Of a stretch of DNA of 64,000 nucleotides, positions 1 to 13,799 are shown piece after piece. The DNA lies in NCBI RefSeq assembly GCF_006345805.1, contig NC_043009.1:55118001-55182000 (forward strand). Reading direction: 5' to 3'. The DNA comes from Octopus sinensis (taxonomy: Eukaryota). Position 1 is the first letter of the stretch. Every line of letters begins with the position of its first letter. Made by a program: the position numbers and the translations under genes. The notes beneath the pieces are model-generated. The model was not told the DNA's origin, ran no database searches, and worked only from the letters and a program-made list of their open reading frames with translations.

Positions 1-2295
1 CAAATGATAATATTTTTTAAATCCTCAAAGACAGACGAACTAATAAAGCTTAATCCCCACCACCCGCTTCGCCTCTCCCTTTCTGCCCATCACAACATAT
101 TAACCCTTTGAAATATTGTTTAATAGATATTTTAGCTATTCATAGCTTGTTTGTATTTTTTTTTTTTAAATCTGTTTTGCAGGTTGAAAATATTAAATTC
201 CTGTGAAATTTTGGTCATGAGAGAACCGTCATTGTTCTTTAATGCAGTGTGTGTTCTCTTGTGGCCTTTTGACTTCTAGTGCAAGTGAGTTTCTTATTCT
301 AGTTTGGGTTGATTATCTTATTAAGTAAACTTAATTTAATTAAGGATTTTTTTCTTTTCCCCTTCCCTACTCCTTCCTTTCTGTGTGCGCCTGATTAAAT
401 AAAATATTTATATATGTGTGTATATATATATTTATATCTATAGAGTATGGAAATTTTGCTTCAATCTTCATCTTAATTCTTTTCCCAGTTAGAAATTTTT
501 AAGTTGATTAAAATTTGAAATTTTAGTTTTTGTAAACTGAAATGGGGAGAGTGATGAAATGAATAAAAACATTTTAAAAAATACAGTAAGAAGTTGAATT
601 AAATTCAGTTAAAAAAAAAAAGGTATAAACATATCTTTTACTTGTTGCAGTCATTGGACTGTGGCACTGTTTTGAAGGGTTTAGTCAAACAAATTGATGC
701 CAGTACTTCTTTTTAAGTCTGGTACTTATTCTATCAATCTCTTTTGTCAAACCACTAAGTCATGAAGATGTAAACAAACCAACATCGGTTATCAGGTTGT
801 TGTGGGGAGGGGACAAACACAACACAAAAACACACACACACATATATATACATGACAGGCTTCCTTTCAGTTTCCGCCTGCCAAATTTACTCACAAGGCA
901 TTGGTCAGCTCAGCAGAAGATACTTGCCCAAGGTGCTGCACAATGGGACTAAACCTATAACCAACCATATGGTTGTAAAACGAGCTTCTTAACTCCATAA
1001 CGAAGATATTCTAAATGTGAGAAGCAAAAAATTATTTCAGATTCCTTTCCTTTTTTCCTCTACTTAATTTCGGTTTATGAAAACAAAATCCCAGTTGTAA
1101 CCTCTTGAAATTTCAGTCTGGTGGAAGGAAGATGATTTCCATCTCTTATATATATATACACATACATACATATATAAATATATAATATGTATAATACATT
1201 CGATAGTTTTCTAAGGTTAGAATTAATTGTTCTTATAATCTTGCTCTTCTCTCTACAGTCATAGTGCTTCTTTGTTACAGCATGTGTGACATACCCGTTT
1301 TCAACAGACCCTATCTTTCTTCTAAACTCCAAAAAAGATTTCTTTCTAGACTCAACCATTTGATTTACTTACTTCTGAATACACCTTGAGCTATCTTTCT
1401 TTTTGGTACTCTACTCATCAACTCCCTTACCTGTGTGACCAATCTCTTTTCTTCTGGTTTGAAACTTCGGCTCTGTATTCATTGGAATGTATCTGATGTT
1501 TCTGGCAATAAACAAGTTTAGAAACAGTAATATAACATATTACTACTTAACAAATTTTCCTATCCAGTTGGCTGGGTAACATTATTTTAAACATATCTTA
1601 TAAATGAAAGGTTGTGTTTGCAAATAATTCCGTGGCCTGCTAGCAATTCTCTTTTCTATTTTGAGTGTGCTTAAGATTGCCAAACAATAATTATACAAAT
1701 TTAAGATGTCTTTTTTTTTTTTAAAAAGAAAAAGGACATTTTGTTTGTTTTCTAAAAGACTTAAACAATAATAAATTATAATTATAGTATTTAATATTAC
1801 TTTCTCTGTGATTACCAGTCTATTCTGCACTGGCTGTCATGCATGTTGCTTTCATTGGTTTTCATAAAATTTGCATGTCCTGGAATGCTGGATAAAATGC
1901 AATAATTGAAAAAAGAAAAAAAATGCTTGATCTATGACTAGTTTGTAGAGATTGTTTAATTTCAATATTATTGTCATATCATATATAACAAAGCTAAAAC
2001 TTGCTAATGTTTTGACTTTCTAGTTATTTCTTATATATTTTATTTATTCAATGAATTGGGATGCTTTGTCTTTTCTTTGATATTATCTTCAAACTTTATT
2101 AGTAACAGTTATTTAAGTGGTTCTTGACTATTGATTTAATACAAGGTAGCATCAGAGAGGAGGTGGGGGGGGACTAAAACAGCATAGTAATTAAGTAACT
2201 GTAGCCATCTTATATGTATATATATTTATATTCATTTGTTTTAAAGCTCAGACTTAACTCAATCAAAACGAATAGCTAAAATTCTGTGTATTCAG

Positions 2296-2391
2296 GACTT
2301 TCTCCTCTTGTACATCAAAAACTCCAAGACCATTCTGATCAAATTGAAAATCCTACTGTTGAAACTATTAACACTGAAAATGTTATTGTCG
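2296..2391 (+). CDS. NUP58: Candidate internal (cassette) exon of NUP58, 96 nt, phase 1-1
   Basis: gtgtattcag| acceptor and G|gtaagg donor; open frame (G)LSPLVHQKLQDHSDQIENPTVETINTENVIV(G), phase-compatible with the last exon. I do not recognise homology to NUP58. Confidence 0.45.
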
Positions 2392-5168
2392 GTAAGGTTA
2401 CGGACTTTTTTTCCAGTCTACATGTAATATCAGTATGAAATTATGACTAATTGGTTGTCATAAAGAGAGAAGTGCAAGGTATAACAACAATAAAGGAGGT
2501 GGGTGTGGACCTCAACTTAACTATTTGTAAAATATGTGCTTAGTCTGTTACCATGGTTTTTTTAACTGATTACCACAGCAGATTGCTAGGAGTATCATAA
2601 GTATTATCAAACACATACAATATTTTGATTGCTAAAGTAGAAGTATCCTTGGATTTTTTTTTTTTTTCCAAAAGCAATTCAAAACCTTAATTACTATAAT
2701 GTTACCAGCAAAATAAGTTTGAGTGTTGTCTTATATTATGGTGGGTGGTCATGGAGATAATTAAAGCTTGTAAAGAGTACAGTCAATTATATAAGATCCA
2801 GAAAGTTAAAAGGCAAAGTTGACCTTAGTAGGATTTGAACTGAGAACTGTAAATAAATACCAGAAATTTTGTCCAGCCCTCTAATGATTCTTTCAATTCA
2901 TTGTCCTTGTAGTAGTCAAACACTAAGCTGTTTGCTTACTGTTGAACGGTTTGCAATTAGCTGAACAACTCAAAAGGAAGTCAAAACTCTTTCCTTGGAG
3001 GGTCAACATTTTGTAACATGAATCCATGTTTTCATGACCAAGACAATTTTCTATATCCCAGTTTGCATAGCTATAAGTAGGTATGATGGGTAGGAAAGAG
3101 ATAGTTTAAAAACGTCTCAAACAATCAGGAAAGGAATCGGTTAAATTTTGACATTAAACGTATCCCCATTAGTATAATTTTTCTGCCACAATTTAGTACT
3201 ATAAAGCACTGATATGCATTTGACACGTCTGCTGAAGAGTGTATTGCCAACTGCCTTGATTTCATCTTTGGAGATTACCAGCATCCAAAGATCTGACCTC
3301 ATCATTTCTCTGTCTGTGACTGCCCATCTTCAATAGCATGCAGCACATTTTTTATTTAAATTCTTCAAGAAAGGAAATAAATTTTATTCCTACTTTACAA
3401 GGCTCATATGTTATGATTTTTATCAAAAGCATTTGTTACCTGGAATAAAATACTTAACCAAGAATTGAAAATGAGTTGCGCAAACTAAACTGGCCAGGGG
3501 TTTACCTTTCATTGTACATTGATTTTTCTGCATGAGACCCAGGTCAGCCCTGAGCAAATTTATGATAAGAAGCATTCTAACCATGACCAGTTTATCTTTG
3601 TATGACATAATCTTACATATACAAGTGTGATTTGAGAGAATTTGATTGATATTTCAAGCCAAACAACCAAGGTTCTCAATTATTTTTTGCCTATGGACCC
3701 TCTTTGATTCCTATTTCACTCAGCTGAACCCTCAAAGCCATTTGATGTTTAAAAAAAAAATCCTACAATACCATTGTAATTAAATAGGAATTGTATAAAA
3801 AAATTTTAATATTTTGTGTACTGTGGAGATATAAGCAATTTATTGCACATAAATTTCTACACAAAAATCTTATATGGGCCACAGTTGAGGACCACTGATG
3901 CAGAGGGTCCTTTGTGATGGCATAAAAGATGCATGGGCATATCAGATCTGCCTCAATTGTAGCAGTCTATATTTCAAGGAAAAATGTTATTAGTACATTA
4001 AAGCTTATGAGAGTCCTGACTTTGCATATAGCACCCTAGGACATCCTTTTGAGACAAGTTTTTTTGGGGGGAAAAAAAAGTCCATCTTAGGAGAATTAAT
4101 ATAACCTATAATACTGTCTTGAATCACACATTCCATTTCTTTGACTTCCACCTTTATTTGAACACAGTATAAGGGAGCTTAATTGTTTCCTACTTTTCAA
4201 AGCTAGAATATCTAAAATATAGAAACAGGATAGTACTAATGATTAAATGAAATTCTCAACCCTTCAGTGAATGTTAGTTCATTCAGAATTAAATAGGATA
4301 ATTAGTAACATGTATAGTAATGTTCTAAGTCGGTGATTAGAAGCAGTTTTTAAAAAATCTTTCAGTTTGCACAAAATCAAGACAAAAACTAAATTTGTTT
4401 TCTCTTTCACACTCACACATAAACAATTTATTGAAACTCCAAAGAATTTAATAATGATAATATTTATATAATTTTACCTTAATCTTTTAGCATTCAGATC
4501 TGTCCAGTGTAATGCTTACTTATTTATTCACATTCTTATGAAAGAATCATGCATTATCTCGAAGCCATGAGATTTCAGTGATACGATTGTTTATTTATAG
4601 AATTACATTGTAGGATAAGTGTGATAAGCTGGATCTGAACAGTTTAACCTTTTAGCATTCAAACCAGCCATATCCAGCCAAAATATTCTGTTTTATGTAC
4701 AAACTGGCCAGATCTGGCCTCTGCCATCTACAGTATAATTTCACTCTAAAATAAACAATCATCAATGTCTCAAAGCTAGAAGATAATGCATGATGAATTG
4801 AAAAACAATGTGAGTAAATAAGCATTACATTTGACAGAATAATCTGAACGCTAAAGGGTTACATGAAAAGTTGTTTATGCATTTGTTGAAATTCTGTTTC
4901 CTTATTGACTAATTACAATATTTTTTTTTCCAGGCTGTACAGAAAAAAAAAATCGATTATTAAGTAAAATACATTGCTCGCATGTTCTTCAATTAAAATT
5001 TTAGCTTCTCTTTAAAAAAAGCATGTATTACAATGTTTAGAATCTGATGTGTGAGTGTGTGAACATTGTAGAAGTGAAATTAATCTTTCTGTATACGAAT
5101 AATATTTTGATTAGAATTGATTCTGTTGTCACAATCCTTGAATTTCTTTTGTCCCCTGTTTTTGTTAG

Positions 5169-5407
5169 GAACAATCCTCAATACACCAGGGAGTATATTC
5201 GGTACATCAGGAAGCACAACAACACAGCCAGGACTGCTCGGTACACAACCCAACGCCGCAACTGGAGCAGCATTCTCATTTAATAATCTGTCGACAACGC
5301 AACCCAACTTTGCTACCGGAGATGGACAACAGTTAGCTGGAGGCCAAAACAGAGCTTTTCAATTACAAAAACCACCTCCACCAGCCAGTAAGCGGGGCAA
5401 ACGGTAA
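5169..5407 (+). CDS. NUP58: Nucleoporin p58/p45 (NUP58/NUPL1), last coding exon
   Basis: Acceptor tttttgttag|G at 5168, phase 1. Translation is FG/TS/N-rich (GSIFGTSG...AFSFNN) and ends FQLQKPPPPASKRGKR*, matching the characteristic NUP58 C-terminus (FQLKKPP..NKRGKR). Stop TAA at 5405-5407. Upstream exons lie mostly outside the window. Confidence 0.9.
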
Positions 5408-5710
5408 TGTTTGACAACGTAAAGCTGAGCCAGATGACAAGCACATTTTGTACATACGTAAAAATGTTTCAAAAGATCTAAATTAAAATGAATGTTTGAC
5501 TATTTCTACTATCATCCACATTAATAATACACTGAATTCTAACTTTGTTTTTAAGATAATTATATGTAAAAGTAAAAAAAAAAAATACAATACTTTTCTG
5601 TGTTATTTTTATAATTAAAAGCAAAATTACTCAGACATTGTATTTTCTTCCTCACAGAATCCATTTGACTTCATCTGTAATTTTTGCCATTTGTCATTAA
5701 ACATCTCAAC

Positions 5711-5716
5711 AATAAA
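5711..5716 (+). terminator. Candidate polyadenylation signal of NUP58
   Basis: AATAAA about 300 nt after the stop codon, followed by T/GT-rich sequence. Confidence 0.45.
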
Positions 5717-5878
5717 AGCAACTTTTAACAACATATCTGTGTTGCTCAATTTTCTATTGTTTAGTTTTGATATATTCATATTAGTAAAACTTCATTTTAC
5801 TATAAATTCTTTGACCAACATACTGTAATTCTTAATTCAGTTGGCAACCCTGTACATCCTTATCACTGCACTGTACCA

Positions 5879-6300
5879 CATCATCATCATCATCATTGTT
5901 CGACCGTGGTCGAGACAATGGAATTTACCATGCTACACCAGACTTCACGGTCCATCATGGCATTACGGAGGTCCTGTTGCTGGATGCCTGTATCCCTGGA
6001 GATTACATCAGGGTAGGAGAGTGTGCGCCCTCTGGTATTGCGAGTAGATGGCTTCCAGAGGAGAAGAGTAGAAATTACTTCTTTTTCAGCTCTACAACAA
6101 TGTCCAGCAAACTGGACTCTCTTACCTTTCACAAGAGATGACACAGGTGGTAGTTTCCCATATATTTGCATTTTGGTTGGATGACGCTTCCACGAGAGAT
6201 TTTGAGCTCTTATACGGAGGCGAGTGTAGGTTCCATCCAACCGCCTCTCAAGCTTCTTTGATAACGTCCACACCAATGTGCTACGATGTATAGATAGATG
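5879..6300 (-). mobile_element. 5'-truncated RTE-type LINE 3' end
   Basis: Intact C-terminal ORF segment WTLSKKLERRLDGTYTRL...QFAGHCCRAEKEVISTLLLWKP...MMDREVW, followed directly by a (GAT)n tail. Confidence 0.8.
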
Positions 6301-9300
6301 TACTGCCAAAAATAATTAGTTCATTTTTAATAAATGTAACACAAACTAAAAATTCTAAATAAAGTACCTAATTTTTTGTAAGCCAAATGGTTAAAACATT
6401 CACATTGCAAGTGAAATTGGACAGACAGAAACTGTATCAAAGTCCATTGGCTAGATTATCCCTGTAATTTAAAGTTACAACTTTGTCACTGTGACATACT
6501 GATTCCACCACGGAATTATATTAAGTGTACATGTGCCTGGGGACTGATTTGCCACTTACAAACTAAATCAATGAGCAATTAATTCAGTTGATCAAACAAC
6601 TGAATCCTCATCGATGGAATAAATGAAAATCTACTTTATTTAGAGGCTAAACTATGTAAAGAACTTTTTCTGGTTCACCATACTTCAACTTCGTACAAAA
6701 AAATACACCAAAATATTTATATATGTTCTTAAGTTTGTCAAGTGTAAAAGTTTGGAAACCACTGCCTTAAACTATTAAACTAACAAGATTGAAATGATTT
6801 CTACTTAAGTAATTAGTAACAAAAATTCAATACAAAGCATAAAGGATGCATTGATAACTGATTTAGATGTTTTCTGCTGACATCATTCTTAAATTTCATT
6901 GTCAGTGCCATTTTAGTCTTTTTTTTTTCTGAATCACAAGAGTTCAATAGATTTGTTGAGCACCTCAACCTACATTTCAATAAAGGCTGACTCTAAAAAA
7001 TAGACAGTGCAAACATATGAAGGCTGTGCCAACAGCTGATTTACTAATTGCATCAACCAAACAATGAAGAAGTTTCATAGTAAACTTCCATTCAAAGAGA
7101 TGAGATATAGATGGAGTTCATAGGCAGCCAATGGAGCTATGAGGAGGTTCTCATGAAAGACATAAGGTTTTCTGATGTTAAGAGCAACAACAGTGAACTG
7201 TGAATCCACCATGTTCAAGAATATAAGACCTCTAGTGTGAGACACAGGAAAGTAAATCTCTTGTACATCTGGTTCTATATAAACAATGCTGGTGATCACT
7301 GAAAATGGAGAGAGACTCAGTGGGATGAAGGACATTGTATCCATTACCATTGAAGTGTCCAAAATGCAGGCAAAGTTAAAGAAGTTTTTTGTGGGGAATG
7401 GCACACTTGCATGAGTCTAAAGATCAGATTAAATCTCCTGCAGAGAAAATAAGATTGTGATGCAAAGGTTGGCAAAGTGGTTGATATTGACTCCTGGTGG
7501 GGGTCTATGTGGCTATCTAAGGAGCAATAAATATTAAATATTCTAACTATAAACATAGTATGACTGAATTTTTATTGTCGTTTATCAATTTCATCAAGTA
7601 TTTTGATTAAATTTTTTGAAATATTTCTTCTTAAAAAATGGTGATGCCACAAAAGAATGAGGGAATTATTGTTTTTAAATTGAGAAATTTTTCATTACTT
7701 ATGCTTTTAAATTTTAGTTTACATATTTGCATGATTGCATTCAATAAGTTATCAATAATTCCATGAAGAGGTCAATGATAATAAGAAGCTAGCTGACCCC
7801 TGTTGTAGAGTTTGATGAGGAAAGGAGCTAGCTGTAGGGAAGAGGAACATCATTAGCACAAATCAACTTGTCTGGGTTGAAGTGATCAGAAAAATGTTCA
7901 CACTTGGTGACTATGCAAATGGAAATGTGAGACATTGGTCTGAGAGGAATGAAGAATGTGACAGTGAGACTGATTGATCTGAGAGTAGTGGATGTGATGG
8001 TGGGACTGATTGATCTGAAAGGTGTAGCAGATATGCAACGTGGACTTGGATGTTTATTAAGCTAACAAATAGACTTTTAAAAAAGTTTGTTCTTTTACTA
8101 AACCTTACCCCAAATTTTGGATTATTTTGAAAATTACTAGAAAATAGCAGTAAAATAATAAATACATGAAAATAAAACTGGGGCTTTGTTGGTATCAACA
8201 ACGGTTCCAGTTGATTCAATCAACAGAACCTTCTCTTGAAATTAATATGTAATAGGCTGAGCGCTCCACAGACACATGTACCCTTAAAGTAGTTCTCATG
8301 GAAATTCAGAATGCGACATGGTTGGCCCTCTGAATTACAGCTACCACTCATTTTTGCCAACTAAGTAGACTGGAGCAAGATAAAATAAAGTACCTTCCCC
8401 AAGGGCACAATACACCACCAGAAATCAAGCTCACAACCTCACTGTCATGACCCGAGTATCCCTAGCCACTAAACCACAGGTCTCCACATACATGGAAATA
8501 AACAGTAGAGATTTAAGGATCAACAGTTTGAGTAAGTAGAGGTCTAAGAATCAATAGGGCATAGTTTCCCATTAATGTTGTACTATGTTCTAGTCAAAGA
8601 CACTTAATCATTGTGGTGTTGTTTTTTTTTGTATTATTTGAATTCTTTTCAGAAAAATGTGATTAATGTGTAACAATAATTTTAAAATATTCCTCAAAAT
8701 ATTTTTAAAATATAAAAATCTTGAGAAAAATAAAGCACTGAAAATGTTCATTGTGAACAAAAACTGTACCAAAAGCAGACAAGTTGAACATAGTAGAAAT
8801 AACATTTGTAATAAACAAACAAAATAGCAAACTAACCACTGAGATTACTTATTAAAGGATTTCCATGCAAACTCTTTTCTGTTGGTAGTAAACTCAACAA
8901 ATATTGTAACTGATGAGGACAGGATATAGCTGTAGTGTTTGATAAGAGCTGCTGCTATATATCCAACCTTGTTCAGGTTTAGTCAGACATAGCTTAAAGC
9001 ATCTACCATGAAGTGGTAGAGTTGTTGGTTAACCCCAGGCTGAGTAGATTTATGCAAGCATAGCTAAGTGGTTAAGAAATTTACTTCACCACTATATGGT
9101 TTTCGTTCAGTTGCACCGAACAGCACCTTCAGCAAAGGTCTACCAAAGCTTTAGGAGTTAAATTTCATAGACAGACACTCTATGGAAACCTATGAGACAG
9201 ACTCTTCCTGTTCTTGGATAGGAAAAAAAACAAGCTAGTCATAAGTTCAAATCATATCACAATTACGGCACTTAGTTATTTTGATTAAGCGATTCCTGTA

Positions 9301-12300
9301 GAAAGAACATTCAACAGTAAAAATATTTTCCAACAAAGAAAAAAAAAAAGACAACTGTATACTGGTGCATACAATTTTTTTATATATAGTTTGTCAGGTG
9401 AGGGAAATGTGAAAAGCCACAAATCATGGGTCGGGATGCTTCAGAAGGAAGTAGCACATCAAGAAATTGAGTTATCCTCAAACCAGAGACCTGATCTGAA
9501 TGCTTGTAGCAGGGTTGAGTCCCCTAAAGACGTCCAAGAGCCTATTGTTGCCTTGTCTCAGATTAGCTTAACTGCGCAGACCAAAAAGGTCTTCTCGCAA
9601 TAACAATCTGGTCTTTTCCTAGAGATTGCTGATCTAGGTATTAGATCATATGTGTCCTCCTCTTTTCAAGATGGTAGGTTGTAATTTGAGTGGAGTTGGC
9701 TACTATTCCTAACATGTTAAATGACTATGTAGAGGTTCTTTATTGGCTGGCTGACATGTTCTACCACAAGGTCCAGTCCTTGTGGTGTGGTGGTTTGTGT
9801 GTCTCAGTGAGCCTAAGAGCTAAGCCAGCAGAGTGCAAGTTCCTGGTAGGGTATTCCATTCTGGGCAGGCCAGTGGATAGAGGCCAGACTAATATGGGTC
9901 ACTTCTTTGCAAAGTTAAAAATAGATTTGTGTAGGGCCAATACTCCTACCTAGAAAAAAGCAATGTTACAGAAGCATTGATAACAATTCAAAACAAACAA
10001 GACCTGGGAGAAGGCGGCTTTCCCTTAGAAAAACGTGATACAGTGCAGCAAAATCTAATAGAAAGCTGCAAGGAAATAGAAGGTCCATCAGGAGAGAAGC
10101 AGAAAAGACAGCCTAGAGACGATAAGAAAAGCCATCGATGGCATATACTCTATAGGAAGTAAAAGACTTAAGTGACAGTATTTTGAAACAGAAGTAACAT
10201 TTAGAAAACAAGTAAAAAAAATTTTGGTAAAAACATGTGTGTATGTATGCATGTATATGTATATATATGTATTCCATGCAATGTTATATATATATTTATT
10301 TCACAGATTGACATTACATTTAAGAGTGTAATTCATATTTACAAGCCAAATATACACAACTTTATTTAAGCAATGAGAGAATATCACCTCACCTCAAACT
10401 TCCACTTTTTATCAGATCTTTTGGGATCTTTTGTTCAAGTTTTGTGGGGTTTTTTTTAGTCAGATCTTTTTCAAATTTTAATATAGATTTATTTTTCAAT
10501 TTTTTTTTTGTAATTTAATGAATAAAATAATTTTAATTTTTTAGAATTTTTGTTTTATTTGTTTGTTTGTTTTTTTTTTTGTAATATTACTGCAACTTAT
10601 TAATATATCTTCGAATTTGGGCATTAAACACTTAAAAATAGATTTGTTAGAAAATGGAGATATTTGCTAAAACAAAACTGTACAAAGATAAAATATAGAA
10701 ATGCATATATCAAATCTTGGAAAGATTAGGGAAAAAAAAAGAATCTCGAAAAGATTTTTATAACAAATCTATATACAGATAAGACAAGATCAGGTTATCA
10801 AAAACATTTCAAGAGTGGGTATTAAGAACATTAACCAAATAATACAAACTTAAATTACCAAATCAGTAATATAAGGTTGTATCGTTTTTTTTTTTCCTTT
10901 TTAAACACTCAACTTGTGGAATCAAGTTAATCCTTATAATGCCTTTCATTTATTATCACTTCTTCCTGATATAAGTACGAAAGCAGATATCAAACCTTAA
11001 GCTACAAAATTTCAAGTTATAAACAACAATACAACATTATGAAGCATTCTGGTTCCTCTATACTTCTAGTTGTAGAGCTAATGCAAATTGAAAAAATCTC
11101 AGCTGCACAGAGGGACTAAACTATCAATCTCTATCTTAGAGTCATGTATGAGATGTTTTGGTGCTACTTATTTGACACCAGCTGATCCAGCACTGATTTA
11201 TTTGACATCATGTATCTTCAATGTTTTTCACATGCTTCCCTTCATCTCTCTCTCTTTCTCTCTCTCTCTCTCTTAGTGTTTACATCTGTTAGCATATTTC
11301 TCTATATCTATGAGGAGCGGGGAAAGTTTTTGCCAATCATATTCAATTAATAAAGTGTAATGTCTCTACCCCACTCTCTCTCTCTTTCACACACACACAC
11401 TTTCAATCTGTATGTGTATATTTCTGCACATGTATGATTGAGTGTTTGCTTCCAGCACCAAAAAGTACTGTCACCAAAACAAACCGAATGTCCAGTTGAC
11501 AGTGTCAAATCCTGTGTCCACACAGTTGTGCCAAGTCATCTCATTCCATTTAGAGTGCTATGATTCAACAGCTGACCCTTGATGCTTTCCTAATAAGAAA
11601 GCAGTATTAAATAGTTCTTCGTTTGGTTTAAACGTTATTAGGCTTCTAACCACACTAGAACATTCTTAATTATTAAACATTAGTATAGCAATTAAATGAT
11701 GATAGCATTGCTTCTATATTTTCTCATTATCCAATAACTGAGCAACACGATACAACTGAAAAAATTATTGGGGTAAATCTTCAAAAAGGAACAATAAATA
11801 CATTTAGTTTGTATTGTATGATGATTGTTGCCAAATTAGAGTTTACTTTCATATGCAAAAGATCACAGCAGTATGACATTGTCTAAATAGTATTGTATTT
11901 CAAAAATAATTCATATTTTGGAGGCAGAACTATTGCTAGAAAAAATACTCTGAGATTCTCAGAATAGTAAAATTATATTAATCTGATATGTAAATTTTTA
12001 TATATTTTTTTTTTGTATAAATTTAGAAATAAATCTTATTTTAAAAAAAAATAATAACAAGAATAACAATTAGTTGATATGATTGATCTAAAATTATTCA
12101 AACAATTCAATGATGTTTAAATATTAATTTGTTACACATGTTGGTATAATACCTTGCAATTATAGGGTTTGAATCAAGAAACTGTGCAACATTCATCATT
12201 CTGTTCACAAGAGCATTAGCAATCAAGGTAAGTTGATTTAAACTGGATGCAAGCGGGGAATCAAAACTAAAGACCCAGATTTTGATTGCCAGGAGTTCAT

Positions 12301-12970
12301 TTATACTCTAAAGTGTTCTTCACCGCACAATGATATTTAGATATAGATATATATATTAAAAGAAACTTAGTGTAAGTTTTCAAATATGAAAAAACCTACA
12401 CTGAAATCAATTTAATCAGTCACTGAAGAGCAAGAAACTATTTTAACAGGGAGCCCATCAAGAATGAAAGTTTCATTTTATAATGGCAAGAATGAGTACT
12501 TGCAATAAAATAACAGGACAAAATATATCTGGAAACCAAGTCAGAAATGCATGATATAACGTAACTTATAGCATAACATATTGAATTTACAGGTGTAGTA
12601 GAATCCAAGCAACTACGTAGCAGTAATAAAACAAGTTATAATATGATATATAGAATATGAGACAGTATTTTTTGATTGGTATATCAGTTGGTGGGTGGAT
12701 ACAGTTTCACAGTTTAATCAAACATTTGCATCGACTTCTTATTTAGGTGCATGACCCAATTATTCAATGATTGAGGGTACTTTTTCGTTCTTATTTCTTT
12801 TTTTTTTAATTTAAAATTACTGGTAGCAGGAAATTTGACAATGATAACAAAATAAAAATTAATCAATACATTTTTAAATAGTTAAAAAGAAAAAACAGAG
12901 CAATTTATTTACAAGACAGAATTTAGCAAAACCGAGTAAATTAAAACCCAATTTTATATATATATGTATA

Positions 12971-13489
12971 CCGTAAATCTTCGAGTATAGTGCGCCCTTG
13001 AGTATAATATGCAGAGGATTTTTAGGGGACTGTACTTCTGAAAAACCTAAACCTTGTGTATAATACACACCCCTTCTCTAACTTGAGTCGTGCGTAATTA
13101 AGCCAGCAGCACCTAGTCAAACAAACACTTCCGCGCACACGTAATACAATAATGGTGGTGTTCTTAACTGTTATATGGGAATGTAAATGTTTGCAAATTG
13201 TGTTTGTTACATGTTATTCTATGTTCTGAATACTTTTATTTTAACAAGTGTTGCTTACTGCAAGTTATGAATGATCCCTTTATGACTTCCTTGCTTTCAG
13301 GTTTAGCTTAAGGTATTTTCGTGCCTGGCATCACAAAATGCGTCTGAATAAACATTGCCGACAGCAAATAGAGACTCGGACATTGCTTAGAAAATATTTT
13401 TCATTTTTAACCTCGTATATAGTACGCATTAGGGATTTTGACCTTTAAATTTTGGGAAAAAAATGCAGATTATACTCACGGATTTACGG
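12971..13489. mobile_element. Non-autonomous Tc1/mariner-superfamily (Tc2/pogo-like) MITE
   Basis: TA|CCGTAAATCTTCGAGTATA ... TATACTCACGGATTTACGG|TA imperfect TIRs with TA TSD; no ORF. Confidence 0.75.
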
Positions 13490-13743
13490 TATATATACAC
13501 ACACACACAAACAATTTTTGTGAATAATGTAAAGTTCAATGCCTTACAATCTCACAGTAATTAACAGTTTCATCCCAGATAAGAATTGTCAGATAATGGA
13601 GTCTTGCACAATACAAGGATGCCTGAAAGGGATAAAACTGCTGGACAAAGTGAAGCAGTAAATTTTCCAATACTTGCACCAAAATTTTGCAACTGTAATA
13701 AGGTCTCTCTTTCTTTGAATTAGTTGTACTTAGTATACTAGAC

Positions 13744-13799
<56 letters not shown>

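Noticed and set aside
1075-1500. Minus-strand 94-aa ORF as a nested gene in the NUP58 intron
   Set aside because: No recognisable homology, and it runs into a (TA)n tract.
7075-10190. Additional protein-coding gene in the NUP58-FAM114A intergenic region (ORFs at 7075-7404, 9391-9603, 9690-9953)
   Set aside because: No coherent exon chain or known domain; 9390-9620 resembles old repeats at ~23720-24010 and ~58600-58830.
12166-12227. Isolated AG...GTAAGT-bounded exon-like segment
   Set aside because: No partner exons or homology found; could be chance or a lncRNA exon, but unsupported.
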